A stretch of DNA of 64,000 bases from Rhina ancylostomus (taxonomy: Eukaryota), in contig JARFYF010000029.1 of assembly GCA_030265395.1 (NCBI GenBank), positions 15,954,842 through 16,018,841 on the forward strand, given 5' to 3'. Position 1 is the first letter of the stretch; each line of letters opens with the position of its first letter. The position numbers and the translations under genes were made by a program. A model generated the notes under the pieces. It was not told the DNA's origin. It did no database searches and worked only from the letters and a program-made list of their open reading frames with translations. Positions 39,271 through 52,601 of this stretch are shown in pieces.

Positions 39271-41571
39271 AAAGGGAACAAAATTGTGGCTAAAATTGAG
39301 GGATTCAGATCAAAACTCAAATCAGAAAATCAAGGCTCATACTGTTTAAAATAATTAGCCAGTAGTTTCCAGAAATAATTTCTCAATTGTCGTAAAAACT
39401 AGAGCACTATAAAATATACAAAATTATCAAGCAACCTTAAACATAAGTACACCCTGTGTTGCAAGTACTTATCACTCGTCATTGTAATATATTATTTCCC
39501 TTTAATGATATAATGTGCATTATGTTACAAGTGTTCACCAAATAAATGTCAATGAAGCCACAGGGCTGGGCCCATCCCAGTGCTTATCATATTACTATTA
39601 ATTCAGATTTAAAGGGTATAACATACTCTAATGAGAGTTAAAAGTATTCATGTTTCACTGTGACCGCATATGCCATTATTTAAATCAATCAATTATCCAA
39701 CAGAACAACTGATACAAATTGTTCCGTGCATACAATCCATTTTTCCCCCAAATTATGGGGTATCATAAATGTCCTTGGTACCCAAGCTGAGAAAAAAAGC
39801 TAAATTTAGGCAACATTCCTGCTCCTTATCAGAACTAGAAAAGTGGTGAAGACAGACTATTTGACTGCTAATCCTTTCACTCATTGTCAAAATTGCTATA
39901 TGAATAATTACCATTTAGGCAACTTGATGGAGGGCAGCCAACACTGAGGCTCAGCCCTCTACCCAAGAAATGATGCTTTCAAGGAAAGAGGAGCAAAAAT
40001 TAGCAAAGAGCAAAAGCTCATTACAAATATTAGAGATTTTGCAAAGTAATTATTCTTACCGTACGAACCAAGGAACAATATTCTGCAAGCTAAACTGTGG
40101 GATGAGCATAATGCCTTCAGAACTGGGATAGAGGAAACAGTTTTATTGAGATCACTTTATATCCTTCATGCTATATAACAATTGAAGGAACTAATAACAT
40201 TAACTGACTCTAGCAGTAACTGTGAGCAACATTTTATGAAATTATAGTGAAAAGCTGATAATTAAATGAAGTTTCAATAGAGAGTTTTACTTTTACACCC
40301 AGTTCACTACATTTTCTTCATGTGGTTCCCTTCATATTACAATATAGTATCCATACAACTATTCTATGATTTTCCCAGGAATATCAGTTTACATTCAGAA
40401 TGTAGACCAATAGTAGCATGAAATAAGAAATATCTATGAAGATTTCACCTAATGCATAACCAATGTGCGCTACATCAATAGATTCGGGACTGCTTTATTG
40501 CATTGAAGAGTGAAGGCATGTTTTTTGACCAAACAACCCAATTCTTTTGGAAAATTTGAAAGTTATCCCTTGTTACTTGGAGAGGCCAATTTGCCTGTAA
40601 CAAATGAATAACTTATTCCTTGTATAATTTAAATCAGATGTCTGATTTTAAGCAGCTAATTATGTTCAAAAACACCATCATCTTTTAATTTTCTAAAAGT
40701 CCCGAGTTGTTTCTCATGAGCTGATCCTTTGTAAACTTCAGAATTTGCACTGTGGCATTTTTATGCAATAGAACAAAGTAAAAGAACCAGCACACCAAAT
40801 GAATGGTCTCAATTAATTGTCCAAAGATCAAAGGCTATTCATAGAATCAAATATACAATGTAGGAGTATCTGACTTAGAACTGTATGGCTTGGAAAGTTG
40901 AATTCAGAAATCTAACAATTCAGATTCAGAGTTTTTGTGCTGATAAGATTTGAAATCAAAAGCTTGAAAAGTAAACAGAGCAATTGTGAAATTAACTATT
41001 CATTTACCAACATATTACTATTAGGCTACTAACTAAATCATTCAGATGGAACAGAAGAAAAAATGGTTAATGGTACTGGGCAAGTTAGCTGAAAGGTTTG
41101 TTGCACGAGCCAAGCTGATTTCAAATTTTCCAATCCATCACTACTCAATCGCTCTCCCATGACCCAGTGCTCCATCATCTTCCAATCAAGTGTCAACACG
41201 CACTTGATTGCCCTCCAGTCCCCCTTTGACCANNNNNNNNNNAGATTTTCAGCCTCAGACCATCCTGGGATTGCAAGTTTCCAGTACTACACAGCACCTT
41301 TCTGGATTTTACATTTTGAAGTCTTCGAGAAATGAGTCAACTGTTACCCTGATAGCATTGTTGAGCCAACCTTCACCTACTTTTCGTTTTATGACAAACT
41401 TATCCCTAAATATTTTCATTTTATCTTAACAATAACACCTTTATTTTCTTTTTTTATAGTTTTCCTCAGCTACTGTACTCTTATTATTTTCAACAATTAA
41501 TGACCCTATGTATGCAAAGTGGCTGCCTTTTCATTCACAGGATCCTTTACTGTTTAATTTCTTCTAAATGT

Positions 41572-41860
41572 GAGCTGAGTTCAGTGGTAGCACACATTGC
41601 TGAATACATAACCTAGGTGGATACTTCACTTGAGTATCATCATTTAAAAGCCATTACCTCTGACATGTTATACTCAAGCCCTATCTGCCTGTTCAAATCG
41701 GCATGAAATATCTCATATCACTTTTTGTCTAAATGAACAAGCATCCCCGAAGCATAAGCAACAAAACAGAACATTTTGGGTGGGTGTAGCTCCTTGTACA
41801 GCCCATGTTGCCTACATAACAATTACCACACAATTTTGGTTCTGAAACACTTTGAAAGAA
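41572..41860 (+). mobile_element. Degenerate DeuSINE
   Basis: GTTCAGTGGTAGCAC head, CCCTATCTGCCTGTTCA, ATGTTGCCTACATAACA and CTGAAACACTTTG tail. Confidence 0.45.
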
Positions 41861-42659
41861 TTAGATTAAAATTCTCTCTTTCCATTGCTCTGTTATTTCT
41901 TTAATCCACATAACTTCTATCAGTCCATATCATGACTCCTATCCTCATGTCTCAGACTTCAAACAGTCAGCAAATCCCCAACACCAAAGTTACACATCAG
42001 CCTCATCTCATCTTTTCTTTCTTTGAATACCTCTTTGAAGATTGTTCCCTGCAAATTTAATGCTCCCACCCAAACCTCAATCTCAGCCCAGCTCTATTCT
42101 ACCTGCTTATTTCTCTCTTGTAGCATCCATTTTGTTCAAAAGTAAGTTAGTAATCAGTGGCTGTTAATTAGAAACCTAATTAGTTCATGTTTTTGTATAT
42201 TTTGTATCGATTATCCTGTTTCAGATAAGCATAAATATCCATTCATCTCTCGGGTTTTGACATGAATGTGTCTAGGCCAAATTGAAAAGGAACTTGCAAT
42301 TTCAAATTTGGTTGCATAAAACATGAACACAACTATTGAAGGTAATAAAAATAATGGTATCAAAAGATCAGCCAACCTTGTAAGATCAGGAGTTGTGAAA
42401 TTTACTGGCATAGAGAGACAGTTCAGTTTAATAATACACATTAAAGGACACAAGTCAGCTTGAGCATCAACCTCTTACATACTTAGAACAGGTTTCAGGA
42501 TTGATATGTAGAAATTAACTTTCTGGTTTGCTAAAAATTCTCAAGTTTGCTTCAAAATATCATACAAATACACATCTAGATCTAATCACCTACACTTAGG
42601 ATTCTAGGTCAAAAATAACATGACAAACTTCATGACCTAGCATATATGATGAAAGGTCA

Positions 42660-43075
42660 TATTCTCCCGAGTTCAGAATGTTGAAAGGTGATTTCTCATT
42701 AAAATATACAAAATTCTCAAAGGGTTTGACAGGTTAAATGCAGGGATGATGCATCCCATGGCTAAGGCAACTAGGATCAGGGGTCAAAATCCCCAAAAAA
42801 TGTCAGCCAATGAGGACTGAAATGAGAAGCAAGTTTCTTCACCAAGAGGGTAGTAAATCTTCGGAATTCTTGGCTCAAAAGGGCAATGGAGGCTCAGCCA
42901 GTATGGAATATAATTAGGGTAGAGAGTGACAGACTATTAGATATTAAAGGGCATCAAGGGAAATGGAAGTAAAGTATTGCTAACATAATAGATCTGCCAC
43001 GATCTAATTGAATTGTAGAACATACATGCGGCGCTGAATACATCTTTTTTGCTTCTCTTTTCATACATTCTTATG
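42660..43075 (+). mobile_element. CR1 LINE 3-prime end
   Basis: GAGTTCAGAATGTTGAAAGGTGAT...AAAATTCTCAAAGGGTTTGACAGG...GGACTGAAATGAGAAG...TTCTTCACCAAGAGGGTAGTAAATCTT...AAGGGCATCAAGGG. A Penelope-type arm follows at 43080-43180. Confidence 0.78.
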
Positions 43076-43859
43076 AAATGTTACCTGCTTTTCTTTCTTC
43101 AGTTACTGCCTGAACTACTGAGTAGTTCTAGCATTTTCCGTTTCCTTTCAGGTTTCGAGAAACTGCAGATTTTTTTCCCTTTTCATTCACATACACAACA
43201 ATTTGATTTATGAATTCAAAAATTCCAGTGCATTCCAATTATATTTAATACTGAGTCACAGAGTATCTTGTCAGCAATTTCTTAGAAACTTAAGAAACTC
43301 TCCTCCTTTAGTGTTCTGTTTCCCAGCCTTGCATGTTTGAACAAATAACATTACAGCAAAAGATTATTTTAATAGCATTTGTACCAGTTATATAATCGGT
43401 ATCAATAGCTTGACCAAAATGGCAGTGTTTAAAAACACTTGAAAATGATATTGCGTACAGCCCTCCTTCATGTTGCTAAGCCTATTGCAGGCAGCTACTT
43501 AAATTTATTTTCAGTAACTTCATTATTTTCCTAATTTATGATTCTTTTGACAAACCTTTCTATAGTTCTAAATACCTCCAATGAACAAGACCCAAAAAAA
43601 GACCATAACCATAAATTGCAATTGCATGCCTGAAGCAAAGTATAACTTGTTCATGAGGACTTACTAGCAAAAGGGTTTTATAATTATCTAGTTGCAAGAA
43701 ATTAGAATGTAGCATACTAGAATGAGTGCCTAATGCTGGAACGAAAGGAAAATATTTACCTATCTGAAAAAGATCTACTGATTTTAAAGTTTGCAGAAAA
43801 GCACCTATAGAGGGCTCAGTAAAAGGGACATAGCTACTAATCAATTCAGTGATCTGTAA

Positions 43860-44230
43860 ACTCCAGTTCATCCCAAACTGTTGCTCATATTTTCTTTAGC
43901 ACCAGCCCTTTAATCCATAACCTTTGTTTGCTGAACTGCATTAGCTCCTTGTCCTGCAATGCCTTGAATTTAAAATTCTTATCCTCACGTTCAAATCCAA
44001 GCCGAGCTTTGGCTTTTCCTAACTTGGATGATTCCTATATGTTATAATCCCAGCAGCTTACAACACTCATGTCTCATTTCTCCACCAACACTGATCATCC
44101 TTAAGCTTCAAACCCTGAATTTCCTCCTTAAACCCGTGTCTCCATTCTTCTTTCTTCATTTAGGATATTTCTCAAAACTCTCTCTTCAACCAGTCTTTTG
44201 TACACATGTAAAATTGAAGGTACACAATAC
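43860..44230 (+). mobile_element. L2 LINE 3-prime fragment
   Basis: LH*LLVLQCLEFKILILTFKS, compare L2 LHWLPV.QRI.FKIL.L.FK; CTCAAAACTCTCTCTTCAACCAGTCTTTTG tail. Confidence 0.7.
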
Positions 44231-45015
44231 CTTCAAAATAACCCATGAAAGAATGAAATTATAGGGTTATAATTTCACCTAAGGTATAAAATAATGGATC
44301 ATAAAGTGTTCTAGTTTTATTTCTGCTGTGTTATATTCTCCATGTTAATTGTAGTGATTTTGAAGAAATTAGTGCAAGAGATTACAATAGAACATTCTTC
44401 TGTAAGTAAATTTTGACTATTACTACAAACTTATGGCCATAGTTCTCAATCACAAGCATATTTGTTTAATAGGGAAGCCCAAATCTAAAGAAGGAATCAT
44501 CAGGGATTTGAGTCAGTGATTCAAATGTACAGCAATTATTTGATGACAATAATACATAAATAATTGTATGGGCAAGACTATATGTAATTAAGTGTATTAT
44601 GAGATCATTATTTTCCCTTCAGGCAATGCTTGCATCATTCATTTGAGAGAAAGGACAGGCTAACTAGCTTCACAGCTTTGTTCTTGTACTGACTGTACAA
44701 AAGGAAGAGTTTTCCACTCCTTATTCTTAACAGCAGATTGGGGAATATTTCACATTGGGAAACAATTGGTGACAGTTGACTTCTAGATTACCAAGAGCTT
44801 TTCACAATTAGTGGCTCTGATTTCAAACAGTTTAAAATCTATACACCTTCATCAGAGTAAAATATTTTAAGTAATTGAAGGTTATTTCATTATGAGATTA
44901 TCCTATTTGCAATTTAACATAAAGTTTCTCAGATCTAAAGTCACTGCCTCCAGTTTAATTCAGTGGTAGTAGCCCCTTTTCTATAAAGTTAAATGCTCAA
45001 ATTAAAAATTCTCAC

Positions 45016-45185
45016 CTTTTCTTGGTTTTCCTTGTTGTTATAGCAAAGATTCCCAATCAAATGGATCAGATGTGCTTTAAATCCAACAGCAGGATGAGTG
45101 GCGTGATTGGCGAATGATAAAGACTGGGATGCAGTAAAAATATTTCTGCTTTGTTTTCCTGCAAGGTGGGTCTCATACAAAAGTT
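45016..45185 (-). CDS. ATXN10: Ataxin-10 internal coding exon (equivalent to exon 9), 170 bp, phase 1 to phase 0; start of the conserved C-terminal Ataxin-10 domain
   Basis: Acceptor TTTCCCATTTCAG|A, donor GAAAAG|GTGAGA. Translates LLYETHLAGKQSRNIFTASQSLSFANHATHPAVGFKAHLIHLIGNLCYNNKENQEK, compare human GFKSHLIRLIGNLCYKNKDNQDK. Confidence 0.97.
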
Positions 45186-45554
45186 CTGAAATGGGAAATT
45201 ATATTCATGAAAAATATGTATTAATATCTATCATCTTTGTAAGTAAAATGAAGCAGTTTAAATAAAAGACTATTTACACCTTTTTATACATTGTATCTAC
45301 CACCTATAGTCCTACCCAAACAGCCTAATGGTCCTGCAGTCTTTCTTTCATTCCTCCAGTACTCTTTTGCAGTTTGTCACAACTATTAATTTGTGAACTT
45401 CATCCCTCAACCACTTAAGTCTGGCTTTCCTTTTACGATGTGCCATAGTAAATTTCAAGCTTTATTTACTGATAACTTATTGGCTACTCAACCCTTCAAA
45501 CTGGAACCTCCTCATGATGACCTTCTGTAACCTAGCTCTGTATGATAGTATGTC

Positions 45555-45930
45555 CATAGTAACTTTGGGATCATCAATCAAATCCCCGCTCACTCTTCTA
45601 AAATCACAGCAGATACAAGCCTTGTGTGCCCAACCTTACTTCATAAGACAACCTGACCATTCCAGATATTCGTTGGGTAAACCTTCCCTGAATAGCTTCC
45701 AACCTATTATCATCCTTCCTTAAATCAGGAGACCTATATTGTAGACAGTACTCCGGATGTTATGCTTTATCTAACTGAAGCATAATCTCTTTACATTTAC
45801 ATCTAGTTCCCGCAGCAATAAATAATAACACGCAGTTACCTTTCATAATTACTTGCTCTACTTGCATACCAGCCTTTTGCAAATCATGCATTAGCCCTCC
45901 AAACACCTCTGCATCTTGGAATATCATAAT
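45555..45930 (-). mobile_element. CR1 LINE fragment
   Basis: CATCCTTCCTTAAATCAGGAGACC...CAGTACTCCGGATGT...CCTTTCATAATTACTTGCTCTACTTGCATAC. Confidence 0.7.
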
Positions 45931-46324
45931 CTCTTAACAAAGCACATTAACTAAATGACATTTTTTTATTCTTTTGTATTCTTAATTCTTTACAAAGTAC
46001 ATTAGTAGCTCTTCTAACTTCTATGTTTTACTTCAAATTCATGGTTTCATGCATTAATTTGTATTGTCATGGAATCTGGGCAATTTTTTTCTATTCTTGC
46101 TATAATTTATTTTTTTAAGCAAATATACTTGCCCTTGACGTTTCTTTTTTCTTTCCTATTCTGCCGAATCTGATTATATTGGGGCCATTGTTTTTCCAAT
46201 GAATTCAATTGTTTGTCTCACTAAGCACCAAACTAAGTAGTTTGTTTATCTCAAACCAACTGGGGAAATAAACTCAATTTCCTTAACACAAATATTTAGC
46301 CTTCCTTTTTTTTAAACCACGTTT

Positions 46325-46527
46325 AGGGAAGTTCTCTTCATATTGAGGGCAATATTTATCTGTAAACTAATATTACTAAAGCTGATTATCTGTTCATTAT
46401 CACTTTGTTGTTTGTTGGAGCTTGTGCAAATTGGCAGCCCTGTCTCTAACTACACTTCATAAGTATTCATTGGCTTTAAAATGCTCCAAGGTCACAAAAG
46501 GAGCAAGAAAATGCAAGCTCTCTCTTC
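46325..46527 (+). mobile_element. DeuSINE (SacSINE1-like) 3-prime half
   Basis: GGCAATATTTATC...GATTATCTGTTCATTATCAC...TTTGTTGGAGCTTGTGCAAATTGGC...CTACACTTCATAAGTATTCATTGGCT...AAATGCAAG. Confidence 0.8.
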
Positions 46528-48383
46528 TATTCTACAAGTAATTGTGTCTTTGTTAATACACATCTATCAGTATTTTGATTCAGCAAAAACGAAACGAGGA
46601 GCAATATGCTGACGTGGATTAAGAGTTGGTCAGTGGACAGAAAGCAATGAGTCTGCAACATCGGAGATAGGCATGACTTCAGACAATGAAGTGTATTGCC
46701 TGATTCCAATCAGCAGTAAATGTCTTTCCTTCATTACAGTGACAGTTGCACAGAGAATTTGTGAGTGCATTTGCATTGTGAGTTGACACCATCAAACAGG
46801 CAAAGCAGTTCAATGGCCTCAGATATTCTGAAGCTGTCAGACCAGGGACAAGCAATGGCATGTCTGTCTTCTCAACCAATTTGAATGCTGAATCCTTTCT
46901 GAGGCAAGTAGAGTGTAAACCAGAAGGTATAAATTCAAATACTTAATTAAATATAAAGTTATGAACTGAAGGTGAACAGATGGAAAAAACATGATTGAGA
47001 AATAAAAGACAAAAAGTACAAGATTAAAAAAAATTAAATCTCCAATGATAATTAAAGTTCATAGAAATTTGACTCTACAGNNNNNNNNNNNNNNNNNNNN
47101 NNNNNNNNNNNNNNNNNNNNNNNNNNNNNNNNNNNNNNNNNNNNNNNNNNNNNNNNNNNNNNNNNNNNNNNNNNNNNNNNTGATAATTAAAGTACATAGA
47201 AATTTGACTCTACAGATGTAAAACTAAAATTTCAGAGAGGTTGTTAGTAGTAATTAAGATGTACTACACCATTGAAAACAAACTTACACTGGGATAGATA
47301 AATCCTAACATTTTTGGCACGTTCAAAGAATCGGTATAGGATTTTCACATCCCTTATGTTTAAATGCCAAGCCGCTTGGCCAAGTTGCGTGTGATGAAGG
47401 TTGTGAGCAGGGGGATAAAAAAAAATCAGACAGCAAGTTTCCCAGGGAGATCCTGAATGATTTACTCTTCTAAACACAGAACTTCTCTTGTTATTTTATT
47501 CCAAAATCTGGGCCCAATATCATCTACAACTTGTAATTGCCTCCTAATCATCCTGAAAGATTCTCAACTTGAAATACTTAATTCCCAATCCTAATCCACT
47601 GGTACCAAATCACTCTCGTACGGCTTTTTCCTCTATGCTTAATGTACTAAAACACATTTTTATAGATTGCTTTAAGTTTATTGCTGAATGCTGCTGATGC
47701 CCCTAAAGCAGTCGAGAATTTGTTCTAGGCAAAACAACTAAATTTGCATTAGTATGGAGTTTTTCTGCATGTTAAAAATGGGCAATATCATCAGTTATTA
47801 AGTAATTCTAAATTTTCTGCTAAACTAATGAAAGAATAATTACTGTAATTTTTTGGCAATTTTAAACAAAGTTTAGATTGCTTTAACATTTTTTAAGTTA
47901 GCCTTTTGTTCTTTTTGTTTTCTGGCTATTGGATTGGCATCATGAATATTGCTTTTTAATTTTTTTTCACGATTTACATTCCAAATCCTTCATTTACTTA
48001 GGCACATAACATCTGAACTAATCAATCAATACTTGCAAAATTTTTTAAAGAGCAACAACTCATCAGCCTGAAACTAAATAAGATTATAACACATTGTATT
48101 TGCTAAATTTGTCATAAATGTTTTATTTCATTACATTTCATTTGTTGTTTAATATATTTTGTTCTTGCTTTTACATATTATTCCAAGATAATTTGTTCTT
48201 GTAGTTTACAACTGCAGACACTAATATACATCTTTTGTTTTAAAACAAAATTATTGCTACAGTAATACTGCTGGAAATAATTAAGCAAATATTTTTGATT
48301 TAAAAAAAACACTACCCCTTGAAACCTTTTACACGACATTTCCTAACCAATTTATAGGATGTAGCTTTCTTTTTTGCACTTAC

Positions 48384-48492
48384 TAACAGTAGTCTCCACC
48401 AGAGCAGGTGAGTTCTGCAAATAGCTGAAATTTTCATGGTTTGAGGTTGTTTCACAGAGGATATCAAGAAGCCTGATCACAATGAGAGCCTC
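48384..48492 (-). CDS. ATXN10: Ataxin-10 internal coding exon (equivalent to exon 8), 109 bp, phase 0 to phase 1
   Basis: Acceptor TTTCTTTTGACATAG|G, donor TGTTA|GTAAGT. Translates EALIVIRLLDILCETTSNHENFSYLQNSPALVETTV, compare human EALATIRLLDVLCEMTVNTELLGYLQVFPGLLERVI. Confidence 0.96.
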
Positions 48493-48639
48493 CTATGTCA
48501 AAAGAAAATCAAAAGGCAGATTGTAATGGATGGAAACTATCCATTGAGAGAAGGTCAAAGTTAATAAAATCCAATTGCAGACACAGAAGCATCATTTTGT
48601 AATGAAATAAATGTTCTATTACACGTTTAGCAAATACAA

Positions 48640-49470
48640 AAGAAAAACACTATGACTGCTAGAAATACAAAATAAAAACAGAAAATGCTGGAGATACATA
48701 ATAGGGCAGCCTGCATCAATATGGAGATAAACCAAGTTAACATTTCAAGCTAAGGACCCCATCAGCCCTGAAAACAGGACATGATTTGAGTTTCAGAGAA
48801 AAGCAAACTGTTTCAATAAAATTCAACGCAAGTTCAAAGAAAAGTGATTTGGCTTTCAACTTGGCACGTTACAACTTCCAGAATCAATGAGTCCAACATT
48901 ATCAGATAATGATTCTGCCATTTATATTTCCTCCAGGACCAAAGTTTGCTTCTTTGCTTCTCCCTTTATCATCCATTTTTGCCTTCCCTTGTCAGCCCTT
49001 CCATCACGTGATCACTCCTGCATTCTACCCCATTAAAGACCTTCCTTTTTGTTCTTTCATATTCACCTGTTACGGACTAGGTTACAANNNNNNNNNNNNN
49101 NNNNNNNNNNNNNNNNNNNNNNNNNNNNNNNNNNNNNNNNNNNNNNNNNNNNNNNNNNNNNNNNNNNNNNNNNNNNNNNNNNNNNNNTGGGGTTTAACAT
49201 TTTTACTTCTAACATTTTTACTTTTATTTTACTTATTATCATAGGTAGTTATTAATAAAGTAGTTTTTAACACATATACATGTCTCGGTGTGTTTCTGTT
49301 GTTGCTGGTTCGTAACACACCCCATCTCTGAATCTCAAAAATTATTGTCTCAAAACTTCTTCCAGATCTGTGATTTCTTTAAATTTGTTCCTCTCCCCAT
49401 AGGAGCTACCTACCCCGAGTACTTGCAGCATTCTCTGGTTTTATTTAAGTTTAGCAAATACAGTTTTTTT
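48640..49470. mobile_element. Penelope-like terminal-repeat arms in inverted arrangement (gap inside)
   Basis: AAATAAAAACAGAAAATGCTGGAGA...GTTAACATTTCAAGCTAAGGACCCCATCAG on the left; pyrimidine tract and CTCTCCCCATAGGAGCT...GAGTACTTGCAGCATTCTCTGGTTTTATT on the right. Confidence 0.55.
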
Positions 49471-50049
49471 TGAAGTGCACTAATTTTCATCAACATTATT
49501 TAATAGCAAGACTATCTATTTCTTCTAATTCAGAATGAAACCAAACTTAATTTTTCTTGAAGTGATTCATTGATAATTTAATACAAAACTCATTTAATTA
49601 AAATATATGCACCAGTTACAGTTTCTTAAGAGACTAAAGTAACCACACATTGTGGTGCAGGCAGGAGGGAACAAAAATAACCTGCGAGCACTGAAGGCAT
49701 CTATTCACGCCCTCAGTGGGCTCACCAGTATGAAGAAAAAATGAACAAAAAATCTTCCCAATTCTTCGTTGGCTAAGGAAATCAACTAGTCAGTCACAAA
49801 TTCAGGGGAATGGGAAGCAAATATGGTGCTGTTCATCAGACCAAATAAATGTGATAGATAAGAGAAATTTTAAGATCCTGATTTGATCTTACCCTCCACA
49901 GAGTGAATTTGATGTGCCCAATTTAAAAGCTGGCTATTTCACAAAGACAACCTTTCAGTGCAAGACAGAGTAAGGTACCTACAAGTTATTGATAGTCAGT
50001 TATATACCACAGAAACATGCCCCTGAGCTGTGATAACCATCTAGTATGT

Positions 50050-50294
50050 GTTTACATGAATCCTACACTCATCCTTGCATTCCCAACAGCTGCCCCCAGA
50101 TTTTGACACCTGCACAATAAGGGCAATTTACTGTGACGCACTAACCTTTCAAACCACACATCTCTGGGTAGTAGGAACAAACCAGAGAACCCAGAGGAAG
50201 CCCCGTGGTCATGGGGATAACATGCAAAATCCACATCGGCAGTACTGAACTGGGTTGCTGGAGTCGTAAGACAGCAGCTCTGCTACTGTGCTGC
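50050..50294 (-). mobile_element. V-SINE (HE1-like), degenerate
   Basis: GGGCAATTTAC...GGAACAAACCAGAGAACCCAGAGGAAGCCCCG...ATGGGGATAACATGCAAAATCCACA. Confidence 0.75.
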
Positions 50295-50429
50295 TTATAG
50301 TTACATGAATTTAAGAGGCTATTCATTTAATTGTGTCAGTATTCAACCCCCAACTCAACTCCACCCTCAGAAACGATCTTCATTTTTCCTTCATACTAAA
50401 AAATGTATCGATATCTGATCTGTGTATAC

Positions 50430-51690
50430 TTGGTCACAAACTTACATTTCCCCACATTATATGTCACCTGCCAAATTTTAGCCCATCTTTCTCCCTTTGC
50501 AGCCACTTTGCTTCTTCCTCACAACCTATTTTCCCACCCTTTTTTTTTGTATCATGAGCACAGTTAGTGGCAGTTTTATATATTGCAAATAGCTGAGGCC
50601 CAGCACTGATCCTAATGGCACCCAGATAGTAAGAGCTTGCTATCCTGAAAATGAACCATTTATTCCAACTCTATTTTGTTTTTAAAAAGTTAGTGATCAA
50701 TCCTCTCTCCATGGTATTATATTACTCCCAAAATATTATATATTACACAAGCTCTTAGCCTTCTAAACATTTAGTGAGTTTTGGTAAATGGAGACTGGAG
50801 AGTAGAGAATGGTATTTTCCAAGGATCAGTATGGGACCACTGCATTTTTGATATTAAAAAAAATGGACTTGGATGTCAGAATACAGAGTAAAATCTGTAG
50901 GTATGGTAAGCAGAAATGATACTAATTGACTACAACACAGACAAGCTACCAGAATGGACAGGCAAGTGGCATTTGGAATTTAATAGAGGGAGGTATGAGG
51001 GGATGCACTTTATCTGCGGGAATAGGTCGAGGCAACATAGACCTAGAAGCACAATTCTAACAAATAAACTGAGGGATGTGAATGTACGTTTGCATACATC
51101 TTTGAAGGTGATAGGACATATTGAGAGGGTTTAGCAAAGCATATGGCAACTCGGGCCTGATAAAAAGGGGAGCTGGGTGCAAAGGCAAAGTTATGCTGAA
51201 CCTTTACACAGCTCTGGGTAAGCCCGAACTAAATGTATTACATCCAGTCTTGGTTCCAGGGATGAGAAAATTTAGCTACAGGATCAAGTTGGAGAAGCCG
51301 AGTTGTCCTTTTGGAAGCAAAGGAATTTAAAGGGATGTTAAAAAAGAGTGTGCAAGATTTTGATAGATTTAGATAGCATAGTAAAAAAAAGCTATTGATA
51401 CAGCACTGAAGAGAAAGCTTGAAAGTCTTGTCAAAAGATATAAAGGGGATAAAAGGAAGAACTTCTTTTGTTTCTTTTAAGGAAGTTGTGAAGATGTGGA
51501 ACTTGCTGCCTTTGAGGGTGGTGGATGTGAAGATAATTAATGATTTCAAAAGGAAAGTGGATAGTCACTTGGGGATTAAAAACCCTAAGGGCTACAAGAA
51601 CAGAGTGGGTGAATGGGACTGACCAGATTGCTGGCCAGTTAGCATGGAGTCAATGGGTTGAATGGTCTCCTATGCCATTATAAACATGAC
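50430..51690. mobile_element. Two CR1 fragments: minus strand about 50430-50740, plus strand about 50770-51690 including the 3-prime end
   Basis: Plus strand QGSV-GPL, DKLPEWTGKWHLEFN, VMLNLYTAL, VVKMWNLLP and tail ATGGGTTGAATGG; minus strand AAATAGCTGAGGCCCAGCACTGATCC. Confidence 0.75.
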
Positions 51691-52601
51691 TCTTCCTGAT
51701 TTTCCTTTATCTATCCAACACTTCAAAAAATTAACAGATTCATAAATATTATTTTCCTTCCATAAAATGCATTGATTCTATTCCATGACGTTATGAGTTT
51801 GTAAGCACCCTACTAACATGTTATGGTATACTTGCATTACTCTGATACAAGTTTTTCTTGAAAATGCAGAGATAAATTACTTTATGCATAAATCTAATTA
51901 ACTATCAGCTTATTTTGCTGTGATACCAAGCCAGTAACACAGTACAGTTCTTAACTATAATATTAAGTTCAGCTGTCAATGGAATGATTTGTTTTTGCAT
52001 CACCGGGGGTTCCTGTCTTGCTATTTAAAATATATATTTATATTATCCCAATATGGTGCCCTTACGTTTATAGCACCGAACCAACAAACTGAAGCTCATG
52101 AATTAAAATATCACCTCTGCAAGTTAAACTCACAAGCATTGGATATTTTCTAGTGCTGACCCATAAATTAACAAACAAATGTAACCAGTTAAGGGGAGCT
52201 GTTATCCTACCTGATCTGGCTTGCATACAAACCTTCTCACACACTATATGATTGACTCTTAAAAGCACTCAGGAATCTTAAGGAAGTGTTACAAATATTG
52301 CTTTACTCAAATATAAAAATATGACTGGGATAAAAACTATAGAAAGGTTCATTAGTTATTTTGTATGCCTCCAGTGTTCATACTGGAAATATGGCAATTA
52401 GCTACAATGATCAGCTGAGTTGTACAAAAATAAAATGATAGACAAACATTTCCCTCGCTCCCATACCTGGGACTGAAACAGTAAGTACTTCCAAATTCTA
52501 TGCACGATGTCAATAGGACTAAGAAATTAAACATTTCTTTTTCAGCCTGGGATGATGACAGTAAATGCCACCACTAGGAAATGGGCAATTCTCCACCCTA
52601 C

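Larger units (their letters stand above)
1..45015 (-). other. ATXN10: ATXN10 intron 9 (more than 45 kb, continues past the left edge)
   Basis: Begins at the exon 9 donor. No segment encoding the expected next exon (VNELDGIPLILDNC-like) was found by eye, though it could lie in an N-gap. Human intron 9 is also very long. Confidence 0.75.

Noticed and set aside
46740-46760. 21-nt plus-strand micro-exon-like signal (ttacag|...|gtgagt)
   Set aside because: No other antisense exons found; expected by chance.
47046-47215. 35-bp direct repeat flanking a 100-N gap
   Set aside because: Copies differ by one base and abut the gap on both sides, typical of unmerged contig or haplotype overlap rather than a real duplication.
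52066-52116. 51-nt pseudo-exon in intron 7 (TTGCAG|...|GTAAGG) with stops in all frames
   Set aside because: Poor polypyrimidine tract; such pseudo-exons are common and nothing else supports it.
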